From a virus (taxonomy: Duplodnaviria; Caudoviricetes): DNA of 42,958 nucleotides. Positions 1-10,424 of this stretch are shown in pieces. The stretch lies in the IMG/VR virus record IMGVR_UViG_3300012936_006732, positions 1-42,958 of that record. The stretch is one strand, 5' to 3'. Within the stretch, counting starts at the first letter, position 1, and every line of letters starts with the position of its first letter. The notes under the pieces were generated by a model. The model saw nothing but the letters and a program-made list of their open reading frames with translations. It had not been told where the DNA came from and searched no databases. The position numbers and the translations under genes were made by a program.

Positions 1-2
1 AA

Positions 3-2789
3 ACTGGAATTATTTCAGCAAACGGACAACGAGGTCTTGAAGCATATGATCCAGGAAACGGAGATGCCGGAAATGGAGGAGGTGGAGCAGGAGGCTCTAT
101 TTTATTCACAGGAAATATCGACAACGAAGGAACAATTCAAACCACACGTGGTGATCGTAGAGTTGCAGATGGCTCTGGACAAAGTGGTGGATATGGATTT
201 ACATCTGGATACGGTGGCCACGGAGTTATTGCATGGTTTGGATACAATGTTGGTAATAGCCAAGTTGATTGTCTTGCTCATTCTCCTTGGAAAAATACTT
301 CTTATATTTTAGATACTCATTCAACCGCAACCACTGATTTTGGTGGAAATAAATTAGGATTGATAGCAATTCCATCTAAGCAATCCGGAAAATACGATGT
401 TTTATACGGAAATTTTGGTAACAAACTAATTCGCAGCAAATTAAACTTAACATACAATGAATGGAATCATATAGCAGTTGTTCGTAAAAACAACATTGAA
501 ACATTTTATATCAATGGTTTTCCTGGAAGAACACGAACAAATTCTTTGGATTATCCAAATGAAATCATTGCTCTCGGCTCCCAGTCATTTAATAATTTTG
601 AGCATCCACTTGAATTAAACGGATATTTACAAGATGTCAGAATATCAACAAAAGCAGTTTACACCGATTGTTTTGCGGTTCCATCTCAACTTCATTCTGC
701 ACCAACCGTAGAGCCTGATCATCCAACTTGCGATGAGGTTGTATTAAGTATTCAGAGTGACACCAATAATGAATCAGATCAAATTCAAGACGTTTCACTC
801 AAAAATCACCCTATCACAGTGCGGGGAGACACAACCCATTCTTCTGCCGAATCAATTTTAGGAAACAGCAGCTTGTATTTTGACGGATATGTCGGAGGTG
901 ATGGATATGGAGATTATCTAAGCATTCCAAACTCTTCTGACTGGAACATAGCAGCTGGAGACTTTACAATTGAGTTTTGGGTAAACTTCTTAAATTATAC
1001 TGGATCATCAAGCGGACATGGTCATGGCGCAAGTATTATCGGAAACGCTACAAACCAAGGTTCTGCGGGACAGGTAGGTTGGAATATTGGAATGACAGCT
1101 ACCCTTGTTACTTTTAACTACGAAGACGGAAATGCAGCAACGAATTGGAACTACAACCCAATACTTACAAATTATGATACAAACAGGTGGTATCATATAG
1201 CCGTATCTCGAGACTCTAATGTAGTAAGAACATTTGTGAACGGACTACCAGTTTCTGAAAAAGCGTTCACAGGCTATGCTGTTTCCAGCCGTAATCTTGA
1301 AATCGGAAGAAGAACAAAATCAACAATTACTGGAATTCAAGATCATTTTCGCGGATACCTACAAGATATTCGCATAAGCAAAAAAGCGGTCTACAAATCA
1401 TGCTTTACGCCTCCATCTCAGCTTCACAACGTTTTTACATCAATAGAATATTTTCCTGGAGCCTTAGAAGTAGAAGGTTATTATCCTCTATTCACAAGCG
1501 AGCAGGCATCCAATGCCGCAGGAAACGGAAGCAGTCACACGCACGAACTATCCGGAACAATATACTATATGCCCAACGGTCTAACTATGGGCACAAATCA
1601 ATTTCACGGAAACTTTCCCGCAAATTATTGTTTTGAAAACGCAACCTGTGACACACCAAATCCAAGTGTGCAAGTTACAGCAACCTATAATATAATAATT
1701 CCAGGCAACGCTTCTCACAACCAGCAATATTCGAAAATACTAGAAGTTCCAATTCAAGCAAACCCAGGCAAAAGCATAACCTATAGCCACTCAGCGATGG
1801 CCTCGGCTCAAACAAATTACAGCCAATGGGGAGTTTCAAATCTTCAACTAACCTCTCCAAATGGATCAACATTTACTCCCACAATCGTAAACGAAGTAGG
1901 ATTCGCAGATATAATAGCCAGCAACGGCACGCCAATGAAATCTTACATTATCTCATACAGCGTTCCGCCTGTAGATTTTTCAGGAAATTGGCTAGCAGCC
2001 AATGAACTTCCTGCTCTACAAAACGACAATAGTGTTCTATTCGATGGAACTCAAAGCGTTAATGCGCTAACAAACTATACGCCTTCTGAATCAGAAGGAT
2101 TTTCTGTAAGCATGTGGATAAAAACCACAGACCAAGGCGATTTTACATTTGTATCGAATCACCAGCTCCCCAATACAACCACTGATCCTGGCTGGCAAAA
2201 TTATTACGGAAGTTTTGTATTTCTAACTGTGGGTTCTACTCATCCCAGTGCCCCGCACGCATTTTATCTTCTTTACGCAAACAAAAACAGAACCGCAAGA
2301 ACAAATAAAGTTTTTGGAGACACAACTTCACTGCGAGACGGAAAATGGCACCATGTTGTCGCAACAATCAAAGGTACATGCGCAAAAATATATATAGACG
2401 GAGGAAGAGGTGTTGGCAATAACTTCCAACAAAGCTCGTGGGGTTCACTTGGTCAACCCGACTATACTCAAGAAATGGATATTCCGTACGAAGGAGGATC
2501 AAATTTTGCATACAATTTAGGTAACAATGGCGATAACCTTGCCAGCGCTCACCACAACTACCTATACGATTTCAAAGGAAATAAAAATCAGGTAGCCTTT
2601 TTTGAAAGAGAGCTCTCTGGAGCAGAAGTCGCCGCAATATACAACGGCGGAATACCAAATGACATTTCTTCACTAAATCCAACCAGGTTATTCAGCTTGT
2701 CCGAGATATCTTCTGATCCAGATGTTACATACGGAGGCGCAACACTAAGCTCTGATGTACCCGATGACCCATTTGAATATTGGTCATAA
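3..2789 (+). CDS. Tail fibre / receptor-binding virion protein with a Gly-rich segment and at least 3 LamG (concanavalin A-like) domains; 5'-truncated by the window edge
   Basis: The frame of ORF 360..2789 is open back to base 3 (TGIISANGQRG...GNGGGGAGGSILF...). LamG-like motifs: WNHIAVVRK, FTIEFWV, WYHIAVSRD, WHHVVAT. Repeated GYLQD(V/I)RIS.KAVY..CF..PSQLH. Confidence 0.75.
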   Translation, partial: TGIISANGQRGLEAYDPGNGDAGNGGGGAGGSILFTGNIDNEGTIQTTRGDRRVADGSGQSGGYGFTSGYGGHGVIAWFGYNVGNSQVDCLAHSPWKNTSYILDTHSTATTDFGGNKLGLIAIPSKQSGKYDVLYGNFGNKLIRSKLNLTYNEWNHIAVVRKNNIETFYINGFPGRTRTNSLDYPNEIIALGSQSFNNFEHPLELNGYLQDVRISTKAVYTDCFAVPSQLHSAPTVEPDHPTCDEVVLSIQSDTNNESDQIQDVSLKNHPITVRGDTTHSSAESILGNSSLYFDGYVGGDGYGDYLSIPNSSDWNIAAGDFTIEFWVNFLNYTGSSSGHGHGASIIGNATNQGSAGQVGWNIGMTATLVTFNYEDGNAATNWNYNPILTNYDTNRWYHIAVSRDSNVVRTFVNGLPVSEKAFTGYAVSSRNLEIGRRTKSTITGIQDHFRGYLQDIRISKKAVYKSCFTPPSQLHNVFTSIEYFPGALEVEGYYPLFTSEQASNAAGNGSSHTHELSGTIYYMPNGLTMGTNQFHGNFPANYCFENATCDTPNPSVQVTATYNIIIPGNASHNQQYSKILEVPIQANPGKSITYSHSAMASAQTNYSQWGVSNLQLTSPNGSTFTPTIVNEVGFADIIASNGTPMKSYIISYSVPPVDFSGNWLAANELPALQNDNSVLFDGTQSVNALTNYTPSESEGFSVSMWIKTTDQGDFTFVSNHQLPNTTTDPGWQNYYGSFVFLTVGSTHPSAPHAFYLLYANKNRTARTNKVFGDTTSLRDGKWHHVVATIKGTCAKIYIDGGRGVGNNFQQSSWGSLGQPDYTQEMDIPYEGGSNFAYNLGNNGDNLASAHHNYLYDFKGNKNQVAFFERELSGAEVAAIYNGGIPNDISSLNPTRLFSLSEISSDPDVTYGGATLSSDVPDDPFEYWS

Positions 2790-2801
2790 TATTTTTTTAA
2801 A

Positions 2802-4604
2802 ATGATATTTGCAATAACAACACTTGTATCCGCGCTAAGTATTTCCTGTATAGCAGCATATTTTAGTATCATAGGTTTGGCAACAATATTTCCGGGATCA
2901 ATAACCGCAGTAATAGTTATGGGGTCTGTTTTAGAAATAGGCAAGATAATCGCTGCATTATGGCTTCACAAGAATTGGTCTATAGCACCCAAAGCAATCA
3001 AAGGATATTTACTTTTCTCAATATTTGTATTAATGGGAATCACTAGCATGGGAATCTTCGGCTTTCTTTCTAAATCTCACATCGAGCACGAACAGCAAGC
3101 TTTAAAGGCTCAAGCGCAAATCGAACAAATAGAATCAAAAATAAAAAGAGAAAACGACTTTATAGAAAGACAGAAAGACCTTATTTCTCAAGCAGAGCAA
3201 TCAAAAGAAAAAGAAGGTTCCAACAGCTTGCAAAATATAGATATAGAAAAAGATAAAATCAATCAAATAAATAACGATTTAAAATCAAATATAGAAATTG
3301 ATAGCAAGATAATATCTGGACTAGACAAAAGGATGTCTGAGCTTAACCTAGAAATGCAAAAACTAAAAGACGGCTCAGGAGGATTATTCAGCAACAAGAC
3401 CAAGAAAATAAAAGAGTTAGAAGATCTTCAGGGCACAGAAAGAGATTCAATAAAATTGAAAAAAGATGCCGCCGAAAAAAGAATTCAAGAATTAAGAAGT
3501 AAAGCTCAACTATCCATAGATAAAATTATGGAAAAAATTGCAGAGTTTCAAAAAGGCACTCAGGGAGACGCAAGCAACAAACAAGAAATTGAATCTTTAA
3601 ACAAAAAAATATCAGAATCCCTAGACAGAATAGAGACGCTAGAACTAGAGAAGTTTAATCATAGCGACGGAACAATGCAGCTTGAAGCAGAAATTGGCCC
3701 AGTAAAATATGTCGCAGAATTAATATCAGATATTTTTAGAATTGAATTTGATTTAAGTCAAGCAGTTAGAATAGTAATAATTATTTTAATTTTTGTTTTT
3801 GATCCACTAGCTATATTACTTGTTATTGCCGCACATATGAGCTTATTGAAATACTTTCCTTCAATGAAGATAGAAGAGTCTAATATAATTGAAAAAGAAA
3901 ATGAGCTTAATTTAATGATGAAAGATCTTGACCAAAAAGAAAACGACTTAAACGAAAGAAAAAAAGACTTAGATCAAGAATCAGAAATAGTTTCACTAAG
4001 AGAAGGTCAAATATCAAAATACAACGAACAAATATCAAAAAGCAAAGAGGAAATCAGAAAGCTTAAAATCGAATCCGAAAAAATGAAACTAGCCCAAGAA
4101 AGTGAAGATTTTTCAAATCACGAGATCGAAGAGATGCAAAAAGAAAAAGAAGCTCTTCGCAAAGAAATACAAAAAATGAAAAGCGAAGAATCGCAAATAG
4201 TATCGTCAGAAATACAATCACTGAAAACCGAAATTTCCAGAATGGAAAACGAAGTTAAGCAAAAACTCTCAGAAATATCAGAGCTAAAAGAGCTTAATAA
4301 AAAAATCACAGAATCCGCCTCAAGAAGCTTTGTAATCAAAGAAAAACTTTCTGATAATAAATACAGGGTTTCAGTTAAATCTAAACTAGGCGGAACCCAC
4401 CAATTCTCAAAAGCCCAAGACTTCTCTGAATATGAAATACTAAACTGTCAGGCAATTTCTTGTGAGATAGACGAGATCTGCCCCCAAAGAAAAGGCCCAC
4501 TGCTATTAAAAGTATTTGAAACGAATATTAAAAAATACTTAGAAGACAGACTAGACAACAGAGAGTATAAGAAAACAAAGCCAATATATAATTTTAAATC
4601 TTGA
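2802..4604 (+). CDS. Membrane-anchored long coiled-coil hypothetical protein
   Basis: Three N-terminal hydrophobic segments, a K/E-rich coiled coil, an internal TM (IVIIILIFVFDPLAILLVIAA) and a second coiled coil. Confidence 0.7.
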   Translation: MIFAITTLVSALSISCIAAYFSIIGLATIFPGSITAVIVMGSVLEIGKIIAALWLHKNWSIAPKAIKGYLLFSIFVLMGITSMGIFGFLSKSHIEHEQQALKAQAQIEQIESKIKRENDFIERQKDLISQAEQSKEKEGSNSLQNIDIEKDKINQINNDLKSNIEIDSKIISGLDKRMSELNLEMQKLKDGSGGLFSNKTKKIKELEDLQGTERDSIKLKKDAAEKRIQELRSKAQLSIDKIMEKIAEFQKGTQGDASNKQEIESLNKKISESLDRIETLELEKFNHSDGTMQLEAEIGPVKYVAELISDIFRIEFDLSQAVRIVIIILIFVFDPLAILLVIAAHMSLLKYFPSMKIEESNIIEKENELNLMMKDLDQKENDLNERKKDLDQESEIVSLREGQISKYNEQISKSKEEIRKLKIESEKMKLAQESEDFSNHEIEEMQKEKEALRKEIQKMKSEESQIVSSEIQSLKTEISRMENEVKQKLSEISELKELNKKITESASRSFVIKEKLSDNKYRVSVKSKLGGTHQFSKAQDFSEYEILNCQAISCEIDEICPQRKGPLLLKVFETNIKKYLEDRLDNREYKKTKPIYNFKS

Positions 4605-4629
4605 CTTATCTCTAGATTTTTGGTATTAT
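4601..4629 (+). promoter_or_regulatory. sigma70-type promoter heading the recombination genes
   Basis: TTGACT-17 nt-TATTAT with extended -10 TG. The -35 contains the upstream TGA stop. Confidence 0.75.
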
Positions 4630-4636
4630 ATTGCTG

Positions 4637-4969
4637 TTGAAAAAACTAAACAAAAGAGAATTAATAAAAAAACTAGTAGTTGAACCTAAGACTCAAAAGA
4701 GACCCTTTTGGGCTAGAGAAATGAAACTACTAAATGACCTTTTAGAAATTTTTCCAGACACCAATTTCTGGCTAAAAATGAAACCGCAGAAATATCCATC
4801 CCTGGCAGTTATTAGGTCAGACCAAGGGATTAAATCTCTAAGAAAAAAATTTAGAGAGTTTAAATATAAAATTCCCCAAAAAAAAGAAATTATACTTGGA
4901 GAAAAGTCTGGAGAAGATAGAATATATAACAAAACACCAAAAACAATCAGAGACTTTATAGATGGCTAA
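4637..4969 (+). CDS. Basic hypothetical protein
   Basis: ORF 4631..4969. TTG 4631 lies 1 nt after the -10 hexamer, so TTG 4637 is the more plausible start. Overlaps the recA start. Confidence 0.6.
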   Translation: MKKLNKRELIKKLVVEPKTQKRPFWAREMKLLNDLLEIFPDTNFWLKMKPQKYPSLAVIRSDQGIKSLRKKFREFKYKIPQKKEIILGEKSGEDRIYNKTPKTIRDFIDG

Positions 4970-6074
4970 AACGAAAAATAAAGAAATAGAGACCACAGAT
5001 CAAATCGCAAATTTTTTATCGGATAAAGATAACCAAAAATATCACTACAATTTCGTAGAAAGCGATGACTACAAAATATCGAGCGGAAGCCTGAACTTAG
5101 ACATGGCACTAGGAGGAGGCTTACCTGCGGGAGCCCATAGATTTACAGGAGTAAACGAAGGGGGAAAAACAAGCTGCTCTTTAGCTTTCGCGAAAAATTT
5201 CCAAGAGCACTTCAAGGAAAAAGGAATGATTATTTATATTAAAAGCGAAGGCAGGCTTAGTCCTGAAATGCTAAATAGGTCAGGCATAGATTTGTCCCCA
5301 GAAAGATTTTTTATTTTTGACTGCAATATTTTTGAAAAAGTTTTTGAGCTGGTGAGAGAGCTTGTTTTTAATAATGAAGAAGAGAAAAAATATATGTTCA
5401 TCATAGATAGTGTTGACGCATTGTGTAGAATAGGTGACATAGACAAACCCTTTGCCGAATCAGAGCAAGTTGCAGGAGGGGCATTAGTAACCTCTGTGTT
5501 TTTGAAGAAAATGGTTCTACCTATAACAAAAATGGGACATACAATGATACTAACCTCACAGGTTAGAGTTGAAGTCGCAACTAACCCATATGCAGCGAGA
5601 GGAGGGCCTAAAACAAAGCAGGCGGGAGGCAACGCAATCAAGCACTACGCAAATTACATCATGGAATTCGAAGAAAGATATACTTCGGACATAATATTTA
5701 AAAACCCCACAGCATCAAGAATCGAAGACAAAGGCGACCCATTAGGTCACTATTGTAAAATTAGATTCAGGAAAAGCATAAATGAAAAAACTGGCTCCCA
5801 AGTAAGATATCCAATTAAGTATGGACAAAAACAGGGTAACTCAGTTTGGACAGCGAGAGAGATACTAGACATGCTATATTTATTCAAGCTGATAGAAAAA
5901 AAGGGCGCATGGATATCTGTTTCTGAAGACCTCGTGTCCGAACTAGCAAATAAAAATCTAGATATGCCTGAAAAATTTCAAGGAGAACTTAGGTTAATAA
6001 ACTTCCTAGAGGAAGAAGAAAAGATATGTAATTTTTTATACAAAGACTTCAAAGATCTATCAAATGCAATTTAA
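4962..6074 (+). CDS. recA: RecA/UvsX-like recombinase
   Basis: ISSGSLNLDMALGGGLP, Walker A GVNEGGKT, Walker B FIIDSVDAL, TSQVR, GGNAIKHYA, KKGAW. Confidence 0.9.
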   Translation: MAKTKNKEIETTDQIANFLSDKDNQKYHYNFVESDDYKISSGSLNLDMALGGGLPAGAHRFTGVNEGGKTSCSLAFAKNFQEHFKEKGMIIYIKSEGRLSPEMLNRSGIDLSPERFFIFDCNIFEKVFELVRELVFNNEEEKKYMFIIDSVDALCRIGDIDKPFAESEQVAGGALVTSVFLKKMVLPITKMGHTMILTSQVRVEVATNPYAARGGPKTKQAGGNAIKHYANYIMEFEERYTSDIIFKNPTASRIEDKGDPLGHYCKIRFRKSINEKTGSQVRYPIKYGQKQGNSVWTAREILDMLYLFKLIEKKGAWISVSEDLVSELANKNLDMPEKFQGELRLINFLEEEEKICNFLYKDFKDLSNAI

Positions 6075-6474
6075 AACATTAACTGGTAGAACAAGAAGGA
6101 TAACTAAAGCAAAAAAATATTTAATTGACTGGTCAGGCCCTAGCAGAAGTAAACTTCAGTACGGAGTAAAGCAAAAACTTAAGCAATACTGGGGCACACA
6201 TATAGTCTTTGAAGAATTTCCCGTAGCAGGAACAAAGTTATCGCTAGACTTCTATAACGCAAATAAAAAAGTTGCGATAGAAGTTCAGGGAGATCAACAT
6301 ACAAAATATGTACCCTATTTTCACGGAAAGAATAAGATAAATTATATAAATCAACTGCAAAGAGATCATGAGAAATTAAAGTTTTGCGAGATTAATGGAA
6401 TCGAGTTGATAGAAATTTACTCGAAAGATAAACTCGATGAATCTTTTTTTAAAAGAATAGGGCTAAAGGTTTAG
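6064..6474 (+). CDS. Vsr/DUF559-like PD-(D/E)XK endonuclease
   Basis: LDFYNANKKVAIEVQGDQH and QRDHEKLKFCEINGIELIEI motifs. Confidence 0.7.
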   Translation: MQFKTLTGRTRRITKAKKYLIDWSGPSRSKLQYGVKQKLKQYWGTHIVFEEFPVAGTKLSLDFYNANKKVAIEVQGDQHTKYVPYFHGKNKINYINQLQRDHEKLKFCEINGIELIEIYSKDKLDESFFKRIGLKV

Positions 6475-6478
6475 TGTA
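6474..6478 (+). promoter_or_regulatory. GTGTA motif (putative late promoter)
   Basis: GTGTA-12 nt-ATG(6491). Confidence 0.5.
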
Positions 6479-6490
6479 ATAAATTATATT

Positions 6491-6766
6491 ATGAACGAAA
6501 TTGATCCAGAAAACCTAGAAAGATTTAATCTTCCAGAAAAAATGCTAAGTCAAATCTTCGAATGCACAGGCCAAACAGACGGAGATAGTGGCTTTATACT
6601 TGCCTACGTAAACCAGCAAGGCACACCTTCTATAGTAACAAAAACTCACTCTCCGATAGTAGAGATGGGGCTAAGAAAAGCTTTAGAAGAATACTTGGAA
6701 CAAATGTCTGCACAAGATATAGGCTTAAATTTCCCAACAGACCTTGGGGACGAAGAAAGTTCTTGA
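6491..6766 (+). CDS. Acidic hypothetical protein
   Basis: 91 aa ORF filling the gap between the endonuclease and dnaB, preceded by the GTGTA motif. Confidence 0.7.
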   Translation: MNEIDPENLERFNLPEKMLSQIFECTGQTDGDSGFILAYVNQQGTPSIVTKTHSPIVEMGLRKALEEYLEQMSAQDIGLNFPTDLGDEESS

Positions 6767-6791
6767 CTTTTTCATTAAGTTATGATACCAT
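6763..6791 (+). promoter_or_regulatory. sigma70-type promoter; predicts leaderless dnaB mRNA
   Basis: TTGACT-17 nt-TACCAT (TGn extended), then 6 nt to ATG 6798. Confidence 0.75.
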
Positions 6792-6797
6792 GCTAAC

Positions 6798-8312
6798 ATG
6801 GTATATTCATATGAACTCGAGCAGCACCTACTAGCGGGGCTAATAAAACATCCAGAATCGTATCCATTGATCGCTGCGTTTATTTCCGACAAAGACTTTT
6901 TCGATAAAAATACGATAGTAAATAAAACGATCTTCTGCGTACTAAGACAAGCTTTAGAAAATGGAGAAACTCTAGACGAAATAATTTTGAGCCAAAGAGT
7001 CGACTCTTTAGGTATTTCATTCGAAGACAATATTAATATCTGCGACTACATTAAGGCCTTGAGCATGAGGCAAATTTCTGGAGACGGAGTAATAAAAGCT
7101 GCGAGAGAATTAAAAAAAATAACAGCGAGAAGAGATATTCACGACTCCTCTCTTGAGGTCGCAAAAGCAATGAAGTCAATGAATAATACTGCCTCATTTG
7201 AAGAAATAGTTTCAAGTGCAGATAAAATCCACAATGATAAAGTAAACCTTTATGAAATGGGTGCTGAAAAGCCAGAGAATTTATTCGAAGAAATGGAAGA
7301 ATTCATTGAAGAGAGAGGCAATAACCCAATTGACAAGTTTGGACTTTTTGGTCCGCACGAAAGAGTTAATCAGCTCTACGGATCTTTATTGCGACCAGGA
7401 AATATAACTGTTGTTGTTGCGAGAGCGGGTGTTGGAAAAACACAATTCTGCATGGATTTCTGCACAAAAGTTTCCGCAATGAATAGTAACGTCCCGGTCC
7501 TTCATTTCGATAATGGTGAGATGAGTAAAGAAGAATTAATCATAAGACAATGTTCCGCTCTTTCTGGAGTCCCCATGCATCTTTTAGAGACAGGAAGGTG
7601 GAGACAGGCTGGAGAAGAGGTTGTAAATAAAGTTAGAGAAACCTGGAAAAAAATCAAAGAATTTAAGTTCTATTATTACAACGTTGCAGGTCAATCTATT
7701 GACAGTATAGTCAACACAATCAGAAGGTTTTATTTTTCGGAAGTAGGAAGAGGTAACCAAATGATTTTTAGCTTTGACTACATAAAGACAACCTACGAAA
7801 GACAGGGCGGCACAAGCTCTTGGGAAGCTGTAGGAAGAATGGTGGATAAATTTAAACAACTAATACAAAAGGAGCTCTGCTTTGCAGACGGACCCTGCGT
7901 ATCCATGCTAACCAGCGTTCAAAGTAATAGATTGGGAATCACAAACAACAGAAGCGCAAATAATGTTGTTGACGACGAGAGCATTGTTTCTCTTTCTGAC
8001 CAGATTACCCAATTTTGTTCCCACTTATTTTTGCTAAGACAAAAGACGATGGACGAAATACAGTCTGAGCCAGATGGATTCGGAACACATAAATTAATCT
8101 GCTTAAAGTACAGGTGGCTTGGAGAAAACGTGCATAGAGCAGTTCAACCAATTGAAATGCCCGACGGAACAAAAAGAAAAAATTACATCAATCTTCATAT
8201 GGAAAATTTTAACATAGAAGAAAAAGGAGATCTTCAAGATCTTGTGGAACATTTAGACTCAGAAGGAGTTGAAGCAGCAACAAACTTTATGGACGAAATC
8301 CCATCGCTGTAA
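6798..8312 (+). CDS. dnaB: Replicative DnaB-like helicase
   Basis: N-terminal ELEQHLLAGLI domain, Walker A ARAGVGKT, NGEMS, FDYIK, QSNR. Confidence 0.9.
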   Translation: MVYSYELEQHLLAGLIKHPESYPLIAAFISDKDFFDKNTIVNKTIFCVLRQALENGETLDEIILSQRVDSLGISFEDNINICDYIKALSMRQISGDGVIKAARELKKITARRDIHDSSLEVAKAMKSMNNTASFEEIVSSADKIHNDKVNLYEMGAEKPENLFEEMEEFIEERGNNPIDKFGLFGPHERVNQLYGSLLRPGNITVVVARAGVGKTQFCMDFCTKVSAMNSNVPVLHFDNGEMSKEELIIRQCSALSGVPMHLLETGRWRQAGEEVVNKVRETWKKIKEFKFYYYNVAGQSIDSIVNTIRRFYFSEVGRGNQMIFSFDYIKTTYERQGGTSSWEAVGRMVDKFKQLIQKELCFADGPCVSMLTSVQSNRLGITNNRSANNVVDDESIVSLSDQITQFCSHLFLLRQKTMDEIQSEPDGFGTHKLICLKYRWLGENVHRAVQPIEMPDGTKRKNYINLHMENFNIEEKGDLQDLVEHLDSEGVEAATNFMDEIPSL

Positions 8313-9352
8313 TGAGTCAAGACCGAATAAAAGAATGCTTAGAAAGACTAGGATATAAATTATCCGATAGAGGCCAATATTGGCAAACAAATGCAATATT
8401 CAGAAACGGAGATAATAAAACCGCAATCCAGATCTATAAAAACACAGGAGTATGGAAAGATCATGTGGAGGGTACATCTTTCTCCCCGCTTAAAAGATTA
8501 GTAGAGATAACTATCGGAACTAATGATTCGAATGAAATCAAAAAATACATGGATGAAGATGAGTCTACTATCGGAATCATGTATTCAAACAATGTAAACA
8601 AGGAAAAAATACAAATGGAAGAAATTTACCCAGAGTCATGTTTATCAAAACTTTTACCTCACTACAAGTTTTACAACGACAAAGGCATATCTAGCGAAGT
8701 CTTAAAAAATTTAAAAGGTGGATTCGCAACTAGCGGAAAACTAAACAAAAGATTTGTATTCCCTATACATAATGAGCTAGGACAGATACATGGCTTTTCC
8801 GGCAGAGATATGTCGAATTACGAAGGAAGACCTAAGTGGAAACATATAGGCAAAAAAAAATCTTGGATTTACCCCCTTTATTCAAACGAAGAAGTTAACA
8901 AGTCAATACAAAAATCGGGAGAGGTCATTCTAGTAGAGAGCATAGGAGACCTTTTATCTCTAAATCAAAACGGATACAAAAATGTTTTAGTAACATTCGG
9001 ACTAGATGTATCCAATAAGCTTTCATGCATACTTATGTCTTTAAATTTAAACAAAGTAATCATATCTTTAAACAATGACAAAGATTCGGCAGAAAACAGG
9101 GGCCTGGAGGCAAGCGTTGTAAACTATCTAAGGCTTTTAAATTTCTTCGAAAAAGAAAAACTAAGCATATGCTTACCAGTGAAAAACGATTTTGGGGACA
9201 TGACCAAAGAGGACTTTAAAATATGGGAAGAAAAACTATTATCACTAAACGATAAAGGTCAAATAAAAAACATTATATCCATAACCAAAAACATGTCAAA
9301 ACCGATACCCAAATCTTTGTACAAGAATATATCTATACTTAAAGATGAATAA
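8312..9352 (+). CDS. dnaG: DnaG-like primase (Toprim) with degenerate zinc-binding domain
   Basis: RFVFPIHNELGQIHGFSGR, PKW, Toprim VILVESIGDLLSL, SLNNDKD. TAATG coupling to dnaB. Confidence 0.85.
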   Translation: MSQDRIKECLERLGYKLSDRGQYWQTNAIFRNGDNKTAIQIYKNTGVWKDHVEGTSFSPLKRLVEITIGTNDSNEIKKYMDEDESTIGIMYSNNVNKEKIQMEEIYPESCLSKLLPHYKFYNDKGISSEVLKNLKGGFATSGKLNKRFVFPIHNELGQIHGFSGRDMSNYEGRPKWKHIGKKKSWIYPLYSNEEVNKSIQKSGEVILVESIGDLLSLNQNGYKNVLVTFGLDVSNKLSCILMSLNLNKVIISLNNDKDSAENRGLEASVVNYLRLLNFFEKEKLSICLPVKNDFGDMTKEDFKIWEEKLLSLNDKGQIKNIISITKNMSKPIPKSLYKNISILKDE

Positions 9353-10424
9353 ACTCACAAAACTTTCTGCGAGCAGAATAAAAACCGCCCAGAATTGCTC
9401 TTGGAGTTATTGGTGCAACTATAAACTAAAACTCCCAGATTCAGGGAATGACGGAGCAAGTCGAGGAACAATATGTCATAATGTCTTCGAGCTGCTGGGA
9501 GACAAACATAAATCTGAGTTTAATAAAATTATCAAAGAAGGAACAATATGGAATACCTCTGTTGTTGCGAGCCAAGTCAAAAAAGAAGCAAACGAGCTTT
9601 GCGTGGACGACGAAGAAAATCTAGAACTGATTGATCAAATGATTGTTGCGGGACTTAGGTTTGATTTCTTTGGAGACGAAAATGAAAAACCAATAGACTC
9701 AGAATCGGAGAGGTTTTTTGATTTAGAAATAGACAAGCCTGAAAAAGGAATAAGATATGCAATAAGGGGATATATAGATAAAATTTTTACATACAAAGAC
9801 AACTCAGTAGTAATTCGAGATTTTAAAAGCAGCAAATCAGTATTTAAAGGAAAAGAATTGACAGACAATCTCCAAAACTTAATTTACTGTTTGGCAACCA
9901 AATTAGTTTCTCCAGAATTATTTCCAAGAAGCGAATTTCTGTTTTTGAGATTTGATTTAGAAAAAGACATATTTGGTGAGGCTGGAAAAGGTTACGTAAA
10001 AATGGATGAAATCTCTGAAGAAGAATTAGAAGGATTTGAATACCAATTAACGGAATTCCAGAGATACTTAGACAACTTTGACGAAGAAACTGCAAAATCA
10101 AATTTTGCAGCAAACCAAGACTATCCCAAGGATGGGACATTTGGAGGACCTCTCGCTTGCGGAAAAGATGGCTACAAAATGTCTAGAGGAGAGCCTGTTT
10201 TAGATAAAAATGGAGAACCTATACTTGCTTATATATGCCCATATAGAAAACCTACAGAATATTATGCGCTCAAAGACAAAGATGGAAATCTTAAGAAAAC
10301 ATCATTTATCGATGAAAAAGATTCCCTTGAAGCAGGAGAGGGGGAAGAGATAGTAAAAATGCAGTACGATGGTTGCCCCCATTGGGAAAATAAATCCAAG
10401 CTATCTACATTCCTGGATGAGTAA
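9345..10424 (+). CDS. PD-(D/E)XK exonuclease (Cas4/AddB-like)
   Basis: LSASRIKTAQNC, RGTICH, GYIDKI...IRDFKSSK, QNLIY. The C-terminal Cys residues could be Fe-S ligands. Confidence 0.8.
   Translation: MNKLTKLSASRIKTAQNCSWSYWCNYKLKLPDSGNDGASRGTICHNVFELLGDKHKSEFNKIIKEGTIWNTSVVASQVKKEANELCVDDEENLELIDQMIVAGLRFDFFGDENEKPIDSESERFFDLEIDKPEKGIRYAIRGYIDKIFTYKDNSVVIRDFKSSKSVFKGKELTDNLQNLIYCLATKLVSPELFPRSEFLFLRFDLEKDIFGEAGKGYVKMDEISEEELEGFEYQLTEFQRYLDNFDEETAKSNFAANQDYPKDGTFGGPLACGKDGYKMSRGEPVLDKNGEPILAYICPYRKPTEYYALKDKDGNLKKTSFIDEKDSLEAGEGEEIVKMQYDGCPHWENKSKLSTFLDE

Noticed and set aside
37-312. 91-aa ORF in the track
   Set aside because: Out-of-frame shadow of the long LamG gene, whose frame is open from base 3.
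621-1427. Repeat pair as a possible DGR template/variable repeat
   Set aside because: Both copies are in-frame coding, differences are not confined to adenines, and no reverse transcriptase is in the window.
9345-10424. Cas4-like gene as evidence of CRISPR
   Set aside because: No repeat-spacer array or other cas genes were seen. Such nucleases are common in phage replication modules.
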